From: Octopus sinensis
Lineage: Eukaryota
DNA length: 64,000 nt
Assembly (NCBI RefSeq): GCF_006345805.1
Contig: NC_043015.1
Location: 32,240,001 to 32,304,000, forward strand
Direction: 5' to 3'
Part shown: piece after piece, positions 40,156 through 53,897 of the stretch
Layout of the letters: the number at the start of each line of letters is the position of its first letter
Numbering within the stretch: the stretch's first letter is position 1
Notes under the pieces: generated by a model
Databases searched by the model: none
Seen by the model: the letters and a program-made list of their open reading frames with translations, nothing else
Told to the model about the DNA's origin: nothing
Position numbers and translations under genes: made by a program

Positions 40156-40357
40156 TATATGTATGTATATATGTATGTATAAGTATGTATGCATATATAT
40201 ATACACACGCATACATATACAGCTATACAAATATCTATATACGCACATTTATAACATACATATGTATCTCTGTATATCCCTCTCCCCCCTCTCTCTAAAT
40301 ATATATATATATATATATATATAAGATATGGATACATTCTATATATATATGTATATT

Positions 40358-40388
<31 letters not shown>

Positions 40389-40397
40389 TATATATAC

Positions 40398-40478
<81 letters not shown>

Positions 40479-41331
40479 TATGTATGCTTATGTGCATATG
40501 CATATGATTTCAATATAACAATAGGAATTGTAGAGAAATATATAAAAAAAGACCCAATATAACCGCCATATGCAGTATCAGAATACACAAGAACAGCGAA
40601 ACAAAAGATGAGAATATAACGCGGAAACCTGTGTAGATCAAAAGATTCAATCCATGATAAATACAAACACACACACGCCCACACATACACACACACACCA
40701 CATTTATTTATCACTGTGCGTGTGTATGTGTGTGTGTGTGTGTGTTTTTGTCTGTGTGTGTATGTATATATGTAGATATATTTACCTGTATTTTTTGATT
40801 TTGCTTTATCTGCAACATACATGCTATCATACATACATACATACATACACATACATATATGCATATATAATATATATAATATATGATATATATAATATAT
40901 ATATATATATGTATACATATATGTATATATGTGGTGTGTGTGTATTTGTACGACATTTATACGTGTACGATATTTATATGCGTACTATATTTATATATAT
41001 GTGCACAATGTTTGTACGATATATATATGTAGACACATTTCTATATATAATATTGTTTTGATTTATGTTTTTTTACGCGCCTGATTATGTACATAGAAGG
41101 ATTATTTCGTAATCTTTCTCCTGGTTTTATATGCATTCCATGTGGTATTTTTGATCAATTGATTTCATAATTCGTACCATTTTATTGTCTTGTTTTCAGT
41201 ATTCACCATAAAGATATAATTTGTGTGCTTATTTCTTGGTCCTCCGCCTCTCGCTCAGTTGGTACATTCATACATGCATGCAGCATATATATATAATATA
41301 GATATATATATATATATTATACATGCATGCA

Positions 41332-41375
<44 letters not shown>

Positions 41376-41406
41376 GCATGCAATATAATATATATATATA
41401 TATATA

Positions 41407-41452
<46 letters not shown>

Positions 41453-41603
41453 GTATGCATTAAATACGTGTATATGTATATATATGTATATATAATAATA
41501 TATATATTTATATACGTATTTCCGTGTGAGTTTATGCATGTATGCATATTAATATTCAGCATACGCATATATGTATTATATACATACATACATACATACA
41601 CCA

Positions 41604-41635
<32 letters not shown>

Positions 41636-41638
41636 ACA

Positions 41639-41669
<31 letters not shown>

Positions 41670-41728
41670 TATATATAAAGGGAAGGTTTACGAAAATAAA
41701 CAAAAGACGAAGGCAGCTGGAGTACAAC

Positions 41729-41800
<72 letters not shown>

Positions 41801-41850
41801 TATATATATGTATATATAAAGACGTACACAGCATATATATATATATAAAG
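39020..41850. repeat. ~2.8 kb field of (CA), (TA), (TATG) and (CATA) microsatellites
   Basis: Seen directly. Confidence 0.9.
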
Positions 41851-42203
41851 ACGGCAGCAGCTTACGACACAGGAGACATGACACCGTAGCAACAGTGAAC
41901 TATAAATTGCGCACAAAATGCAATTTCATAAGAAGTCACAGTAACTTTACCATAGCAGTAAAAAAACAAGAAACGCATTGCTTTACACGGGTCAGTTATA
42001 TTGGCGTCTGCGTCTGCTGAGGACAGGGTGTCTCAAGACACAGTGCTAAACTCGCATTCTAAATTCGAGTATGAGATTGCGGCACAAATGGCTCTTTGAA
42101 GAGATGTTCATAAGTGCCACCTTAGTCGACGCTTTCCAAAGCTGTTTGCTGAAGCACGTCATGTTACGTTCGTCATGAGGAGCACACTGAACCAGTGACT
42201 CAC

Positions 42204-42241
42204 CTGTAGAATTTTACTACCAACGACGCTCATCTTCACAA
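42204..42241 (-). CDS. Candidate 38-nt exon (MSVVGSKILQ)
   Basis: Acceptor tgcag|, ATG at 42233, donor CAG|GTGAGT. Unverified. Confidence 0.2.
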
Positions 42242-42443
42242 CTGCATCACATAAACGCATAATAATAATCTATACATACATACATTCGTAGGTACGAACA
42301 TACGTACATGCATACATGAATGCATACATACATACATACACACATACATACATACATACATACATACATACATACATACATACATACATACATAGCTGCA
42401 ATTATTGGAGCACTGCCTTAGTACTAATCTTGAGATATGCAAC

Positions 42444-42910
42444 TACGAGGGGCGCTTATTAAAAATTTCTCCTGACCCACTTCCGGTTATTGCAGGAAAC
42501 CGAACATGTACAGATATAAGCATACATGTCTCTATAAGTCACGTTGTAAATTGCAGCTTTGCACTAGTATTCGTTTGTCTTTCACGACTACTGAAGTGGA
42601 CTAAGGTTTTATAATGGAGGCAGTCGAATGCAGATCAGTGATGAGGTTCTTATACTTGAAAAGTCGTACACTAAAAGAGACTTTCGATGATTTTAAAGAA
42701 GTTTATGGTGGCGATGCGCCATCATTCGACGTAGTCAAGTGCCGGCATCGCCACTTCAAATGATACTGCTCCTTTTCCTGGACGACCACATTCCGCCATT
42801 GATGACGACACCATCCATTAAGTAGAAGCCGCCATTTTGGAGGATCGTTGCATAACTATTCAGCAACTAGCCTAAGAAGTGAAGATAAGTGTATTATGTG
42901 TGAAGAAAGC
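42444..42910 (+). mobile_element. Mariner transposon 5' end with transposase N-terminus
   Basis: TA + cgaggggcgcttattaaaa TIR. ATG at 42614 gives MEAVECRSVMRFLYLK...EVYGGDAPSFDVVK...PGRP...LEDRCITIQQLA, with stops. Confidence 0.85.
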
Positions 42911-42974
42911 AAGTTTGTGAATATGAAGAGTAATGTGAGACCGCTTGTGTAAAGATATGTCTTAAACGATATGT

Positions 42975-44230
42975 CCTAAATGAGATGAGAGTGTTTGTCT
43001 AAAGTATCAAATGTGATCTATTGACTACTAGAAATATCAGAAATGTTAGTGAGAAATGCGAAGTGTAAAATGTGAATAGTGAAATTATGTTCTGTAAGGT
43101 GTGAATTGTGGAACGATGAGCACCAGATTTATTAACTGTGAAATGTGAAATAAACAGTGATGGTGTACTTATGGTGTGTGAGTTGTAGAACATTGAGTAC
43201 CAGACTATTAATAAGAAATGGGAAGTTTATAGTTATGGTGCAACTATGAAATGTAAGTTGTGAATTGTTGAGTATTAGTCGTGCCAAATATGGAGTATGA
43301 AGTGAAAAATAACGCTGTGTTTGTGAAATGTGATAAGTGGCAAGTTGAATTGTAGTGCTACAGCTGGTTGTGAAATGTAGAGGTGTGAAATATGTGTTGA
43401 GACAGCTTCTAATATGTGGTACACCGAATAAGGGTTCGGATATGCAGCGTGGAGTGTGTTGATAAATTGGGCATATCAAATATGCGTGCAGTATTTAGTA
43501 ATGTGAAATATGGAGGTGTGAAATGTATATGGAGACAGTTTCTTGTATGTCGTATACAGAATACAGATTAGGATATGAGTGTAGTGTTAGAATGGCTGTA
43601 TGAAATATGCGTGCAGTATGTAGTAAATAGAATGAGGGTCGGGTGAAGTGAGAGTTATACTGTTGAGTGTTAAATGAGTGTGTGTGGATTGTGACTTGGA
43701 AGGGAGAGACGGTTTGTATAAAAAGTGTAATTTGCAGTGTGACCTTTTTATGAAGTGTTAAATGTCGATTAGGTTGTGAAAGTGTACGTGTGAAATGTGG
43801 TGGTAGGAAATGAAAGTGCGGGTGCGAAAAGTAGGGGTAGGGAGTCAAGGTGTGCATGTGAAATGTTAGGTAAGGAGCGAAACCGCGTGTGATGTGTGGA
43901 TTAATTTGTGAAAGAGTAGGTGTAAAATATGGGCTAGGGAGTGAGTGCGTGATTTGTGAAGTAGGGAGCGAAAAGGTGTGTGGGAAATGTGGGGCAGTGA
44001 GTGAGTGCGTGTGAGGTGTGGCTGGTAGGGTATGTAGTTTACAGTGGGAAGGTGTAAAATGTGGTGTCTAGCGTACAGAGAGTGTGTCGATGGCGAGAAG
44101 GTGCAAAGAAGAGAGCGAGTGTGTGTGTGTGTGTGTGGTGTATAGAATGGTGTGTTTAGTGTGTGTGTTGCGTGAATATGTGGAATGTAGTGTAATGCAC
44201 ATAGTGTGAGAGTGTGTGAGTGTATGAAGA
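42975..44230. repeat. G+T-skewed cryptic repeat tract rich in tgtgaaat-like motifs
   Basis: C-poor plus strand with recurring gtgaaat, gtgaatt and gtgtgaa. No exact period visible. Confidence 0.7.
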
Positions 44231-44792
44231 TCAGTATTCACCTATAAAGAATTAGGATCACCCGGGGCTTAAAATGTAATAATGTTATCAGTTGCATAAC
44301 GAAAACACAATTCACCGATTTTCATTGAAATAAATTGAATTAAATTTTGTAAAGTAAAAGAAATAATTAAGATTGCACTAAATTTATCGGAAAATGTAAA
44401 ATTCGCAAAAATAATACAAGAAATAATATTTTTAAAAAAATTACATGAAAATTTTAAAACACCGTTTACGTGTCTATAGAATATCTAGTAATTATTTTAG
44501 TGGTTCCAAGTTTTAAGCAAGTTTGATATAAAGTAATTTTAACGATTTTTGTTCATTATTCATTAAAAAAAGATCTAATTAAGTACTCTTGTTTCATTTG
44601 CAATGTTATATTTCGTTGTTAATCTCAAGATATTTCTTACAGAAATTATTTCATATGAAGTGGGAAAACAATGATATTCGTTAGACACATCTATATTTAC
44701 GATTTATTCAACGGCTACATAATATGGCCAGCACGTTTTTCAAGACGCATCTTGACGCACGCGCTATAGAATATAGATATGTCACTTTGAAA

Positions 44793-45021
44793 GGCGCCGA
44801 GCTGGCAGAACAGTTAGCACGCCGGGCGAAATGCGTAGCCGTATTTCGTCTGCCGTTACGTTCTGAGTTCAAATTCCGCCGAGGTCGACTTTGCCTTTCA
44901 TCCTTTCGGGGTCGGTAAATTAAGTACCAGTTACGCACTGGGATCGATGTAATCGATTTAATCCGTTTGTCTGTCCTTGTTTGTCCCCTCTGTGTTTAGC
45001 CCCTTGTGGTTAATAAAGAAA
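44793..45021 (+). mobile_element. SINE family B, tail B1, young copy with 14-bp TSD
   Basis: agatatgtcacttt at 44775-44788 and 45022-45035. Tail ends taataaagaaa. Confidence 0.93.
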
Positions 45022-45985
45022 AAGATATGTCACTTTCATAGCTTTGTAAGAGGAAGCGGGACAGCGCCCATAACCGTCTTTTTTGTCAGGGTCTTCGAGA
45101 CTGATGTGAAGGACAAATGCAATGAAGGAAGAATGAAGTTTCTTTTAGACCGGAGCCCAGGTGCGAATGCTTGCAACAAAGTCAAGTCTCTTAAAGGTAC
45201 CCAAGTATAAGACGATGGTTGTGATAGAGGTGTTAAACACGGAGGCAGATTTAATTTAGGACGTAAATGTTAAATCTATTGTATACGTTTAAATAAATCA
45301 TTTTAACGGTGTATCTCGATGTGAACAACGCAATAAATTGTAGTTTGTAATATATTGGGTTAAAAACTCTTTGGACAAAAGAAAAAAAGCAAACAAACGA
45401 TAGAACCAGCCGAAGGCTACGTGCAGGTCACGGATCACGCAGCTTCTGTTTTCAGATCTGCTAAATTATTGCATTAAAATAACCTTTGCCCTATCAGATT
45501 TGACGTTTTCATTTTACAAGTAACGAAGTAAACTTGTTTACATTTTTCTAACTATAGAAACTTAGAAGCTCCGAGAGACACGTAAATAAGTCATTTTAAC
45601 GGTTGCATCTATAAACAATAGCTTTTTATTATGTTTGTACACTCTTTGGTCAGTTCTAATTCACAAGGCTAAGATCAACAGTGTTCCAACCTTGACCTTC
45701 TCGTTGAAATTTCACTCTCTGAATGCGACCACAATGCCCTTCCATATTTTCAAAGATGGTAGGAAATTTGTTGGAGATTAAACTGCTATTTCTAACGTGC
45801 CGGACGATACCTTTAACTGGAAAAGCGTTTTATTTAACTTATATTTTTGTTCACTGCTCTATCCACAACAAAAGTGGCAAGACAATACATACATACACAC
45901 GCACATACAGAGATGCATACATACACACATACATACATACATACATACATACATACATACATACATACATACATACATACATACA

Positions 45986-46016
<31 letters not shown>

Positions 46017-46048
46017 CTGTCTGTCTGTCTCTCGTCTCTCTATATATA

Positions 46049-46428
46049 GGCGCAGGAGTGGCTTGTGGTAAGTAGCTTGCTTACCAATCACATGGTTCCG
46101 GGTTCAGTCCCAGTGCGTGGCACGTTGGGCGAGTATCTTCAATTATAGTCACGGGCCCACCAAAGCCTTGTGGTTGGATTTGGTAGACGGAAGCAGAAAG
46201 AAGCTCGTCGTATATATATATATATGTTTGTATATGTTTGTGTGTCTGTATTTCCTCCCCCCGCCAACATCGCTTGACAACCGATGCTGGTGTGTAACTT
46301 AGCGGTTCGGCTAAAGAGTCCGATAGAATAAGTAACTAGGCTTACAAAGAATAAGACCTGGGGTCCATTCCTTCGACTAAAGACGGTGCTGCGGCATGGC
46401 CGCAGTCAAATGGCTGAAACAAATAAAA

Positions 46429-46430
<2 letters not shown>
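46049..46430 (+). mobile_element. Family A SINE, full length, flanked by TA repeats
   Basis: High similarity to 1386-1828 from head to tail. Confidence 0.9.
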
Positions 46431-46504
<74 letters not shown>

Positions 46505-46549
46505 TCACACACACACACACTTGCATATATAAACGACAGACTTCCACAG

Positions 46550-46670
46550 TTTCCTTCTACCAAATTATCAAATTATTGGCCAGAAGGAGGCTCTTGTGCA
46601 AGGTCTCAGAAAGTTCGATTGAACGCGGAACCATCTGGTTACGAAGCGAATTCTTAACACCACGTGGCTA
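46550..46670 (-). mobile_element. Family A SINE head fragment
   Basis: gaacgcggaaccatctggttacgaagcgaattcttaacaccac is the reverse complement of an A head. Confidence 0.6.
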
Positions 46671-47199
46671 TGACTGTACCAATGAATGCATTGTGTAAAT
46701 GTCATCCAATTAATTTCACTTAAAAACGAAGCAGCGTAAATTAATATTTCTATTTGACTATTATCAGCGTTATCGCTCTTTTTTCAAACTGCCTTAGCTT
46801 TAATTAAAAATTATTACTGCAGTTAGTGCACTCACAAATATTACTTAAATATAATAATTAATTTTTAATGATCGTGTTAATGAAATCTACTGCATAGCCA
46901 GGACAGTAAAGCGTTGAACTAAATGATTTACGATATTCAGCTTTCCCCGTCTACCCGGCTATCTCAAAATCAGGAGATGTCGACATTTGTTACATGTCTA
47001 GTTTAAGATAGATAACAAAACTGGGCACTGTTTCCACTGTGGGCAATACCCACTAATGTTACAAAGGTATGATAATTATAATTTTTGTGGCGAAGATGTA
47101 AAATAATGAAATGAATACTAATTTTAAAATTAAAAATATTTATTAAATTAAGATATTAACTAAAACAAATTTCTCGTGTTGTTTCATTTGTTTATTCTT

Positions 47200-47400
47200 T
47201 ATTCCTTTATTTGTTTCAGTCTCTGAACTGAGTTCATACTGGGACATCTCCTTCAAAGGTTTAATCGAAAAATCGATCTCAGTACTCACTGGTACTTAGG
47301 ATATCGAAATCTTTGGGCCGAACCGCTATGTCACGGGGACTTAAACGAACTAATACCGGTTCTCAAGCGCTGAGGGCGTGTGATAAACACAAAGATACAT
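47200..47400 (-). mobile_element. Family A SINE 3' half
   Basis: ttatttgtttcagtc...gccgaaccgct...cggggac. Confidence 0.7.
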
Positions 47401-47404
47401 ACAC

Positions 47405-47442
<38 letters not shown>

Positions 47443-47511
47443 TGTATGTATGTATGTATGTATGTATGTATGTATTTATGTATGTATGTATGTAATATAT
47501 ATATATATATA

Positions 47512-47570
<59 letters not shown>

Positions 47571-47683
47571 GATATATATATATATATATATACTTTATTC
47601 TCTCCCCTTCTTACTAGCTCTCCTGTTAACTACCTCTGCTCAGCCAGCCGCCATAATTGACCTCTAGCTCCGAAAGTTTTTTT

Positions 47684-47810
47684 TTATTCTTTCTCTGTTT
47701 ATTCCTTCGTTTTCCTTTCTGTTGAAGAGCGTAGGCTGGAAATGTAAAAGACTTTCTCACCTTCCCCAGCGTTAAACTAATACACCTGTCTTCGTCTTTG
47801 GTCACCAGAT
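47684..47810 (+). mobile_element. Dispersed repeat D, diverged
   Basis: ctttctgttgaagagcgtaggctggaaatgtaaaagacttt. Confidence 0.7.
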
Positions 47811-48204
47811 ATAACTCCTCTAGACTTCTTATAGGGCTGCATTAAAGACAGAGTCTACCTTAAAAAAGTTCAAGACCCCTATTTTCTCAAACGAAATAAT
47901 ATGTCATTGATGAAGGAATGCTCAAAAGCAGACGGTCAAAAATTGAGCGTTGTCTAAATGTGTTGCTTTCAACCAATGAAGTCCACGTGGAAGTGTTTTA
48001 ATGTTTCTAATAAAACTTTACTTCTTTGCCTATGTTTTCTAATGAATTCCGTTGAGTTTTCCTTTTCCCTTTTTCGCTGATTGTAAAGATAATTTATGGA
48101 CATCTTGTAGTTTAATGCATCGCATCTTCTCAATCCGGTTTCAATATTGATCAATTTTTCTGCCGATCACTTCAGCAGAGATAATCAAAACACCGACAAA
48201 TATA

Positions 48205-48370
48205 ACTGTTGTGTTATTTAGCTCCAGGACAGTCTTGATCAAACGCATGCGCTCCACTCATGACCATCACATCTTTTGTACTTTTCAGGGATTACAACAT
48301 CCAACGTGTCATTCCTTTTACAAGACGCTAGGGCGAGATTGAGAGGGATTAGACGACTATTTATTGTATA
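48205..48370. repeat. Short dispersed repeat family E, degenerate; pieces also at ~1-60, 3575-3620, 10215-10300, 11000-11030, 11620-11680, 37240-37300, 50010-50050
   Basis: Recurring ttagc.ccagg.cag and g.tttg.ctgctatttctagc-like motifs. Confidence 0.45.
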
Positions 48371-48963
48371 TCGAGCTCTGATCTGTAACAGCAGCATATC
48401 TCGGTAAATTCAGTGACAATTTATACCACACACCACACCACACACACACACACACACACACCACACACACACATAGACTCACACACACACATAGACTCCC
48501 CCCCACACACACGAACACACACATACATCCACACGAATATGCACGAATACACACACATATACTAAGCGCTGCATAACGTGTATCAGAAGTGAAGTAAATT
48601 TAGATATTAGAAAACCAAACTGGGAGAGGAAGATAAACTCATTCCTTCTATGCTTTTGATACACTGAAAAAAAAAGAAAGCCCTGAAAGAATATTACATT
48701 CATATGATTTCCTCGCAGAGCTAGGCTTTTTAACATTTAAATACATATATACTTACATACGTACATACAAACGTGCATACATATTTACACATATGCACAT
48801 ATATACACAGACACACATACATAGATGCATAATACATGTATACATATACTTTTTTCCCAAAACAAAACTTAATGACAATCAGATTTCACACGTAGAGTTC
48901 TTCGTATGTGCGTGTGGTCACGTTTTTCCGTATATATACATATATATATATGTATATATATAT

Positions 48964-49140
48964 TCTCTCCTTTTTTTCTCTCCTTTTTTCTCTCCTTATT
49001 TTTCTCCTTGTTTTTTCTGTGTCCCTTTCTGTAGAAGAGCGCAGGCTCGAAACGTAAAATACTTTTTATATTCCTGAGCGTTATACTAATACATCTGTGT
49101 GTTTTGTACACCACCTGTCTTCGTCTTTTGTTTTTTTCCT
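48964..49140 (+). mobile_element. Dispersed repeat D
   Basis: Near-identical reverse complement of 54957-55142. Confidence 0.75.
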
Positions 49141-50073
49141 AGAGTATCCCTATACACACACACACACACATATATATGCCTATACGCACTCACACAACAC
49201 ATACATACACATTCACACATACATATGTATCTTGTTTCGTTCGTTCATTCGTTCGTTTTACATCTGTTAACGTAAAAATGAGAAACTATCTTTCCTTCTA
49301 CTTTACAATATCGCCTTTTGTCCGTCGAGTCTAAACCGATGTTATTTAATTCAAGAATCGTATTCCCAATTGTTCCCTTGTCAATGTATTAACAATCCAA
49401 CGGTTATACTCACCTGACATTCTTAATTAATATTTTAATACATATTCAGTGACTTTTTTCCTTTCGTTATTTTCTCATTAGTTAAATTTATCTTGAATTA
49501 CAGACATCCATCTGTTGATTGTATGTGTTTAAAAGAAAATATGTCCTCACCGGTGACGTCTCTGTGATATTCAAAGAACAACAGCGCCATCCCATTCAAA
49601 GCAACAAGAACAAGCAATTAAAAAGGACACCCAGATGTCGTCTGTTATTTGTGCATTTTCTTTCTGTTTTTTTTTGTGTGTATTTTCTCTCCTCTTGATT
49701 TTTTAATTTATTTATAGAATAAAATAAAAAAGAAATAACTAACAACAAATTTATGGGAAGAAACAAAGCAAATGTAATTTGCTAAGTGAAAGTAAATTAA
49801 AAGCCTGTCAAATTAAAGTGAAAGTTATTCTTCAGTAGACAATGCAATGTGTTTTTGAGAAGACAAAAGCTTCACCTTTAAGTGTACAAACATATTATCA
49901 ATAACAGCAATAGTAGCAGCAACAGTAGCAGCAGCAGTAGGAGTAGCAGTAGCAGCAGCAACAACACGAATAAGGAGGTGCTTATGAGGGAGTCTCTACG
50001 TCATGGCACGACTTACAAGAAATAGCAGCCAAATTTTCGCTCAAACCATACTAGATTCTTTAAAATGGATGAA

Positions 50074-50475
50074 CAGGAGCGGCTGTGTGGTAAATAGCTT
50101 GCTTACCAACCACATGGTTCCGGGTTCATTCCCACTGCGTGGCACCTTGGGCAAGTGTCTTCTACTATAGCCTCGGGCACACCAAAGCCTTGTGAGTGGA
50201 TTTGGTAGACGGAAACTGAAAGAAGCCCGTCGTATATATATGTATATATATGTGTATATGTTTGTGTGTGTATAGGTTTGTCCCCCCATCATCGCTTGAC
50301 AACCGATGGTGGTGTGTTTATGTCTCGGTAACTTAGCGGCTCGGCAAAAGAGAGCGATAGAATAAGTACTAGGCTTCCAAAGAACAAGTCCTGGGGTCGA
50401 TTTGCTCGACTAAAGGCAGTGCTCCAGCATAGCCGCGGTCAAATGACTGAAACAAGTAAAAGAGTAAAAGAGAGA
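50074..50475 (+). mobile_element. Family A SINE, full length
   Basis: Near-identical to 1386-1828 outside the internal microsatellite. Confidence 0.9.
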
Positions 50476-51294
50476 ATATTGAAATATATAATCTCAACTA
50501 CACTACTTAGTTATACTGGGGAAAAAAGTGATGGTCACAACTTTATTGTCTTTGGCCATTGGTCTTCTAGATGGGTCATTAAGACGCATGATGTACTTGC
50601 AAAACCAAGAGATGTTTTTTAAAGAGTTTTATCTCGTTGAATGTCCTTGCTAATGTCATGCAGTGCTAGTTCAGAGTAAACACCACAGTCTCAGAAGTGC
50701 TTCGATTGCACACAGAGCAAGAAACCGTTCTGAACATCACTCGTCTCATGTCCGAACACGACTGGATTGTTGAATTTTTGCTGAACAACTGTTGTCGCGT
50801 GTAGGACAGATTCTGACATCAGGTGAACCCTTCGTGAAGACTGCTTCGCCGTTTTTCTTTGGCCAGGAAAGTTTTCAGCTGTCGATGGCTACGAGCTAGA
50901 ACGGTTGTTATGCCTTTGTCTAACCATCATCACCATCATTAGGCACAATATAGAAGAACAGGCTTTCCTCCAGTAGATTAGCCAAAAGGTGTGTGAAAGT
51001 GGTAAGTAGGACTCCATGAGTGGGCCTACGCTCAGCATGCATCTGTAGAGCTGGTAAATGACATCTGAAAATGGTCTTATCCTTTGGTATTGAGGATAAT
51101 CCTGTATCTGTGGTGATCCTTGATAAACCCTAGGCCAGAGACCCCTCCAAAGACATTGCAAAATATTATATACCACATAGAGTTTCTCTTCTGCTTCCTT
51201 GTTTTCAGTCATTTTTACTCAGATTTTGTAATTTATCATTCAAGTGCCATCTCATCATCCTCATCATCATCGTCGTCATCGACATTGGCACCAC

Positions 51295-51380
51295 CACCAC
51301 CACCACCACCACCACCAACACCACCACCACCACCACCACCTCCACCACCACCACCACCACCACCACCACCACCACCACTA
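51295..51380. repeat. (CCA)n microsatellite
   Basis: Seen directly. Confidence 0.95.
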
Positions 51381-51969
51381 CCACATCTAAAGCAAATTTA
51401 CCATCATATTCATCGTCATTGTTGTTGTTGATGTTGGTGTTGCTGTTATTGTTCTTATTACAGAGGTTGTTATTGTAGAAAAGTAAAAGATAGTCGAAGT
51501 AAAGAGAGAGTTAATGAGTGTGTAGTAGCGGAGAGATAGGTAGATTGATGGAGAGGAAGAGACGGAGAGAGAGAGAGAGAGAAAGAGAGAGAAAGTGGTA
51601 AATAATGATGTCTATAAGTCAAGAGAAGAAGAAGAGACAAAACCGACAGAGGCAAAGGAGGTAATCGTGTGAGAGAAAGTGAGAACAGACACAAAACAAA
51701 AGCAAAAAAAGAAAAAAACGAAAACCAACCATAAAATAGAGCGAGTTTGCAAAAGACAACACGTACATACACACACTTATATACAGGTATATTTAAAGAG
51801 TGAGAGAGAGAGAGAAGGAGAGAAGGAGAGAAGGAGAGAGGGGGAGACCTAAAATGTAACGAGAAATATCTTGAATAACGATGATCCACTTATTTCAAAC
51901 GAATAGCGAGAATTAGATTTTTTATATCAAATATTTCATTTTTAATGATAGCACGCATATTATATATAT

Positions 51970-52013
<44 letters not shown>

Positions 52014-52077
52014 TACATATATATATATATGCATACATATATATATGCATACATATATTATAATATATATATTATAT

Positions 52078-52110
<33 letters not shown>

Positions 52111-52362
52111 GTGTATAGTATATGTATAGATACATATATATATTGCATACATATACAAACGCATATATATGAATGTATATATATAACATATATATATGCA
52201 TATACATACACATATATATGTATGTATATATGTATATATTTAGATATACTTGTATGCGTCTATGTATGTATTATGTGCGTATTTTTGTATATTTACACAT
52301 GCATATACACGTATATATAGAAAAGAGGAAGATACATAGACAGATACATATATAATCATATG

Positions 52363-52398
<36 letters not shown>

Positions 52399-52474
52399 TA
52401 CATGCGTATGTGTATGTGTGTGTGTGGGTCTGTGTTGATGTGTATGTGTCTGTATAAATATACACATATATAAA

Positions 52475-52527
<53 letters not shown>

Positions 52528-53119
52528 TGTAAATTTCGATTTTTTTAAAAGTAATTCTTAATGTATTTGAATGGAAATCGTTCGTAATTCTGATAACCAA
52601 ATGATAACAATACAACAACAACAACAGCAGAGTAAGAAAAACATCGACAATAATAATAACAGCGCATTACAATGGCAATGACAAGAACACCGATGACAAT
52701 CACAATCGCAAGAACAGCGACAATGACAATCATAACAACAACAACAAGAAGAACAACAACGATGAAGACGCGAATGGCAATCAGCATCAAGAAAACAAAA
52801 CAGTCTGAGAAGACTCAACAACATTCTGAAGAACATCGATGGCGACGGTAATAAATATGACACCATCGAAACTACCAGCATTGAAATCAACAATATTGTC
52901 CTAGCACCAACATCGCCGCGACCACCACCATCGACATTAACAAGAACTACGACAATAGCAACAACAACTACGACAACAAGCAATACCAACAGCAAGAACA
53001 ACAGCAGAATCAGCAACTTCCCGAATTTTAACTGCAGCCAACTAAAACTAAGATTAGACATAGTGTTACAATAATGATGCGAAAGTATCAAAGTAAAGAA
53101 TTATGGAGACAACCAAGAT

Positions 53120-53340
53120 GGTGGAATTACGTCATAAATCTTTCACGAACTGATTGGCTGTCTTAATATTAGATACACACAGAAACACACTCACACAAAC
53201 ACATACACACACAAACACACACGATATTAAATTAGCTGCGTTAGAAATTTCTCGTTGACATTCTGACAGGTGTTAGAAATTAGAGTCACTCAGGCAGTTA
53301 TATAAAAGGAGACTTACAGAGACACACACTTCATAGGAAA
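53120..53340 (+). promoter_or_regulatory. Candidate Pol II promoter
   Basis: TTACGTCA (53127-53134), reverse CCAAT ATTGG (53153-53157), TATAAAAG (53301-53308), TCA about 30 bp downstream. Confidence 0.35.
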
Positions 53341-53454
53341 CTGAAGATTAGCTCCCTTGATATTCCTAGTTCCCATTCTTTCTCTAAATCGCTGTCGCTC
53401 TCATCGCATATATATATGTACATTTATATATATATATATATATATAATATATAT

Positions 53455-53500
<46 letters not shown>

Positions 53501-53573
53501 TAAGATATATCCTTAAATCCTTAAAAATGTTTGAGCCCGAAGGCCGCGGCCATGCTAGGGCACCACCGCTGAA

Positions 53574-53604
<31 letters not shown>

Positions 53605-53699
53605 TATACATATATATATTACATACATATATATATTCATATAGGTGTGTTTGTGTGATTGTATGTGTTTATGGGTAGATGTCCGTGCGATTGTCATTG

Positions 53700-53897
53700 C
53701 TTTTGTGTTTGTCCTCAACCGCTGCTTGACATCCAGTGTTGGTCTTGTTTGTAACTTAGCGGTTCGGCAAAAGACTTTGATAGAATATACACCAGGTATA
53801 AAATTGAAATATTAGTACTGGGGTCGATTTGTTCAACTAAACCCCTTAAGGCGGTGTCCCCTGGCTGCAGTCCAGTCACTGAAATAAGTAAAAGACA
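53700..53897 (+). mobile_element. Family A SINE 3' half
   Basis: aacttagcggttcggcaaaagac...ggggtcgatttgttc...ctgaaataagtaaaaga. Confidence 0.75.

Noticed and set aside
44977-45210. 77-aa ORF
   Set aside because: Starts inside the SINE tail; the remainder is unrecognisable.
52558-53091. 177-aa hydrophobic minus-strand ORF
   Set aside because: Arises from degenerate AAC/GAC trinucleotide sequence; similar tracts occur at ~15320-15410, 49900-49965 and 55410-55530.
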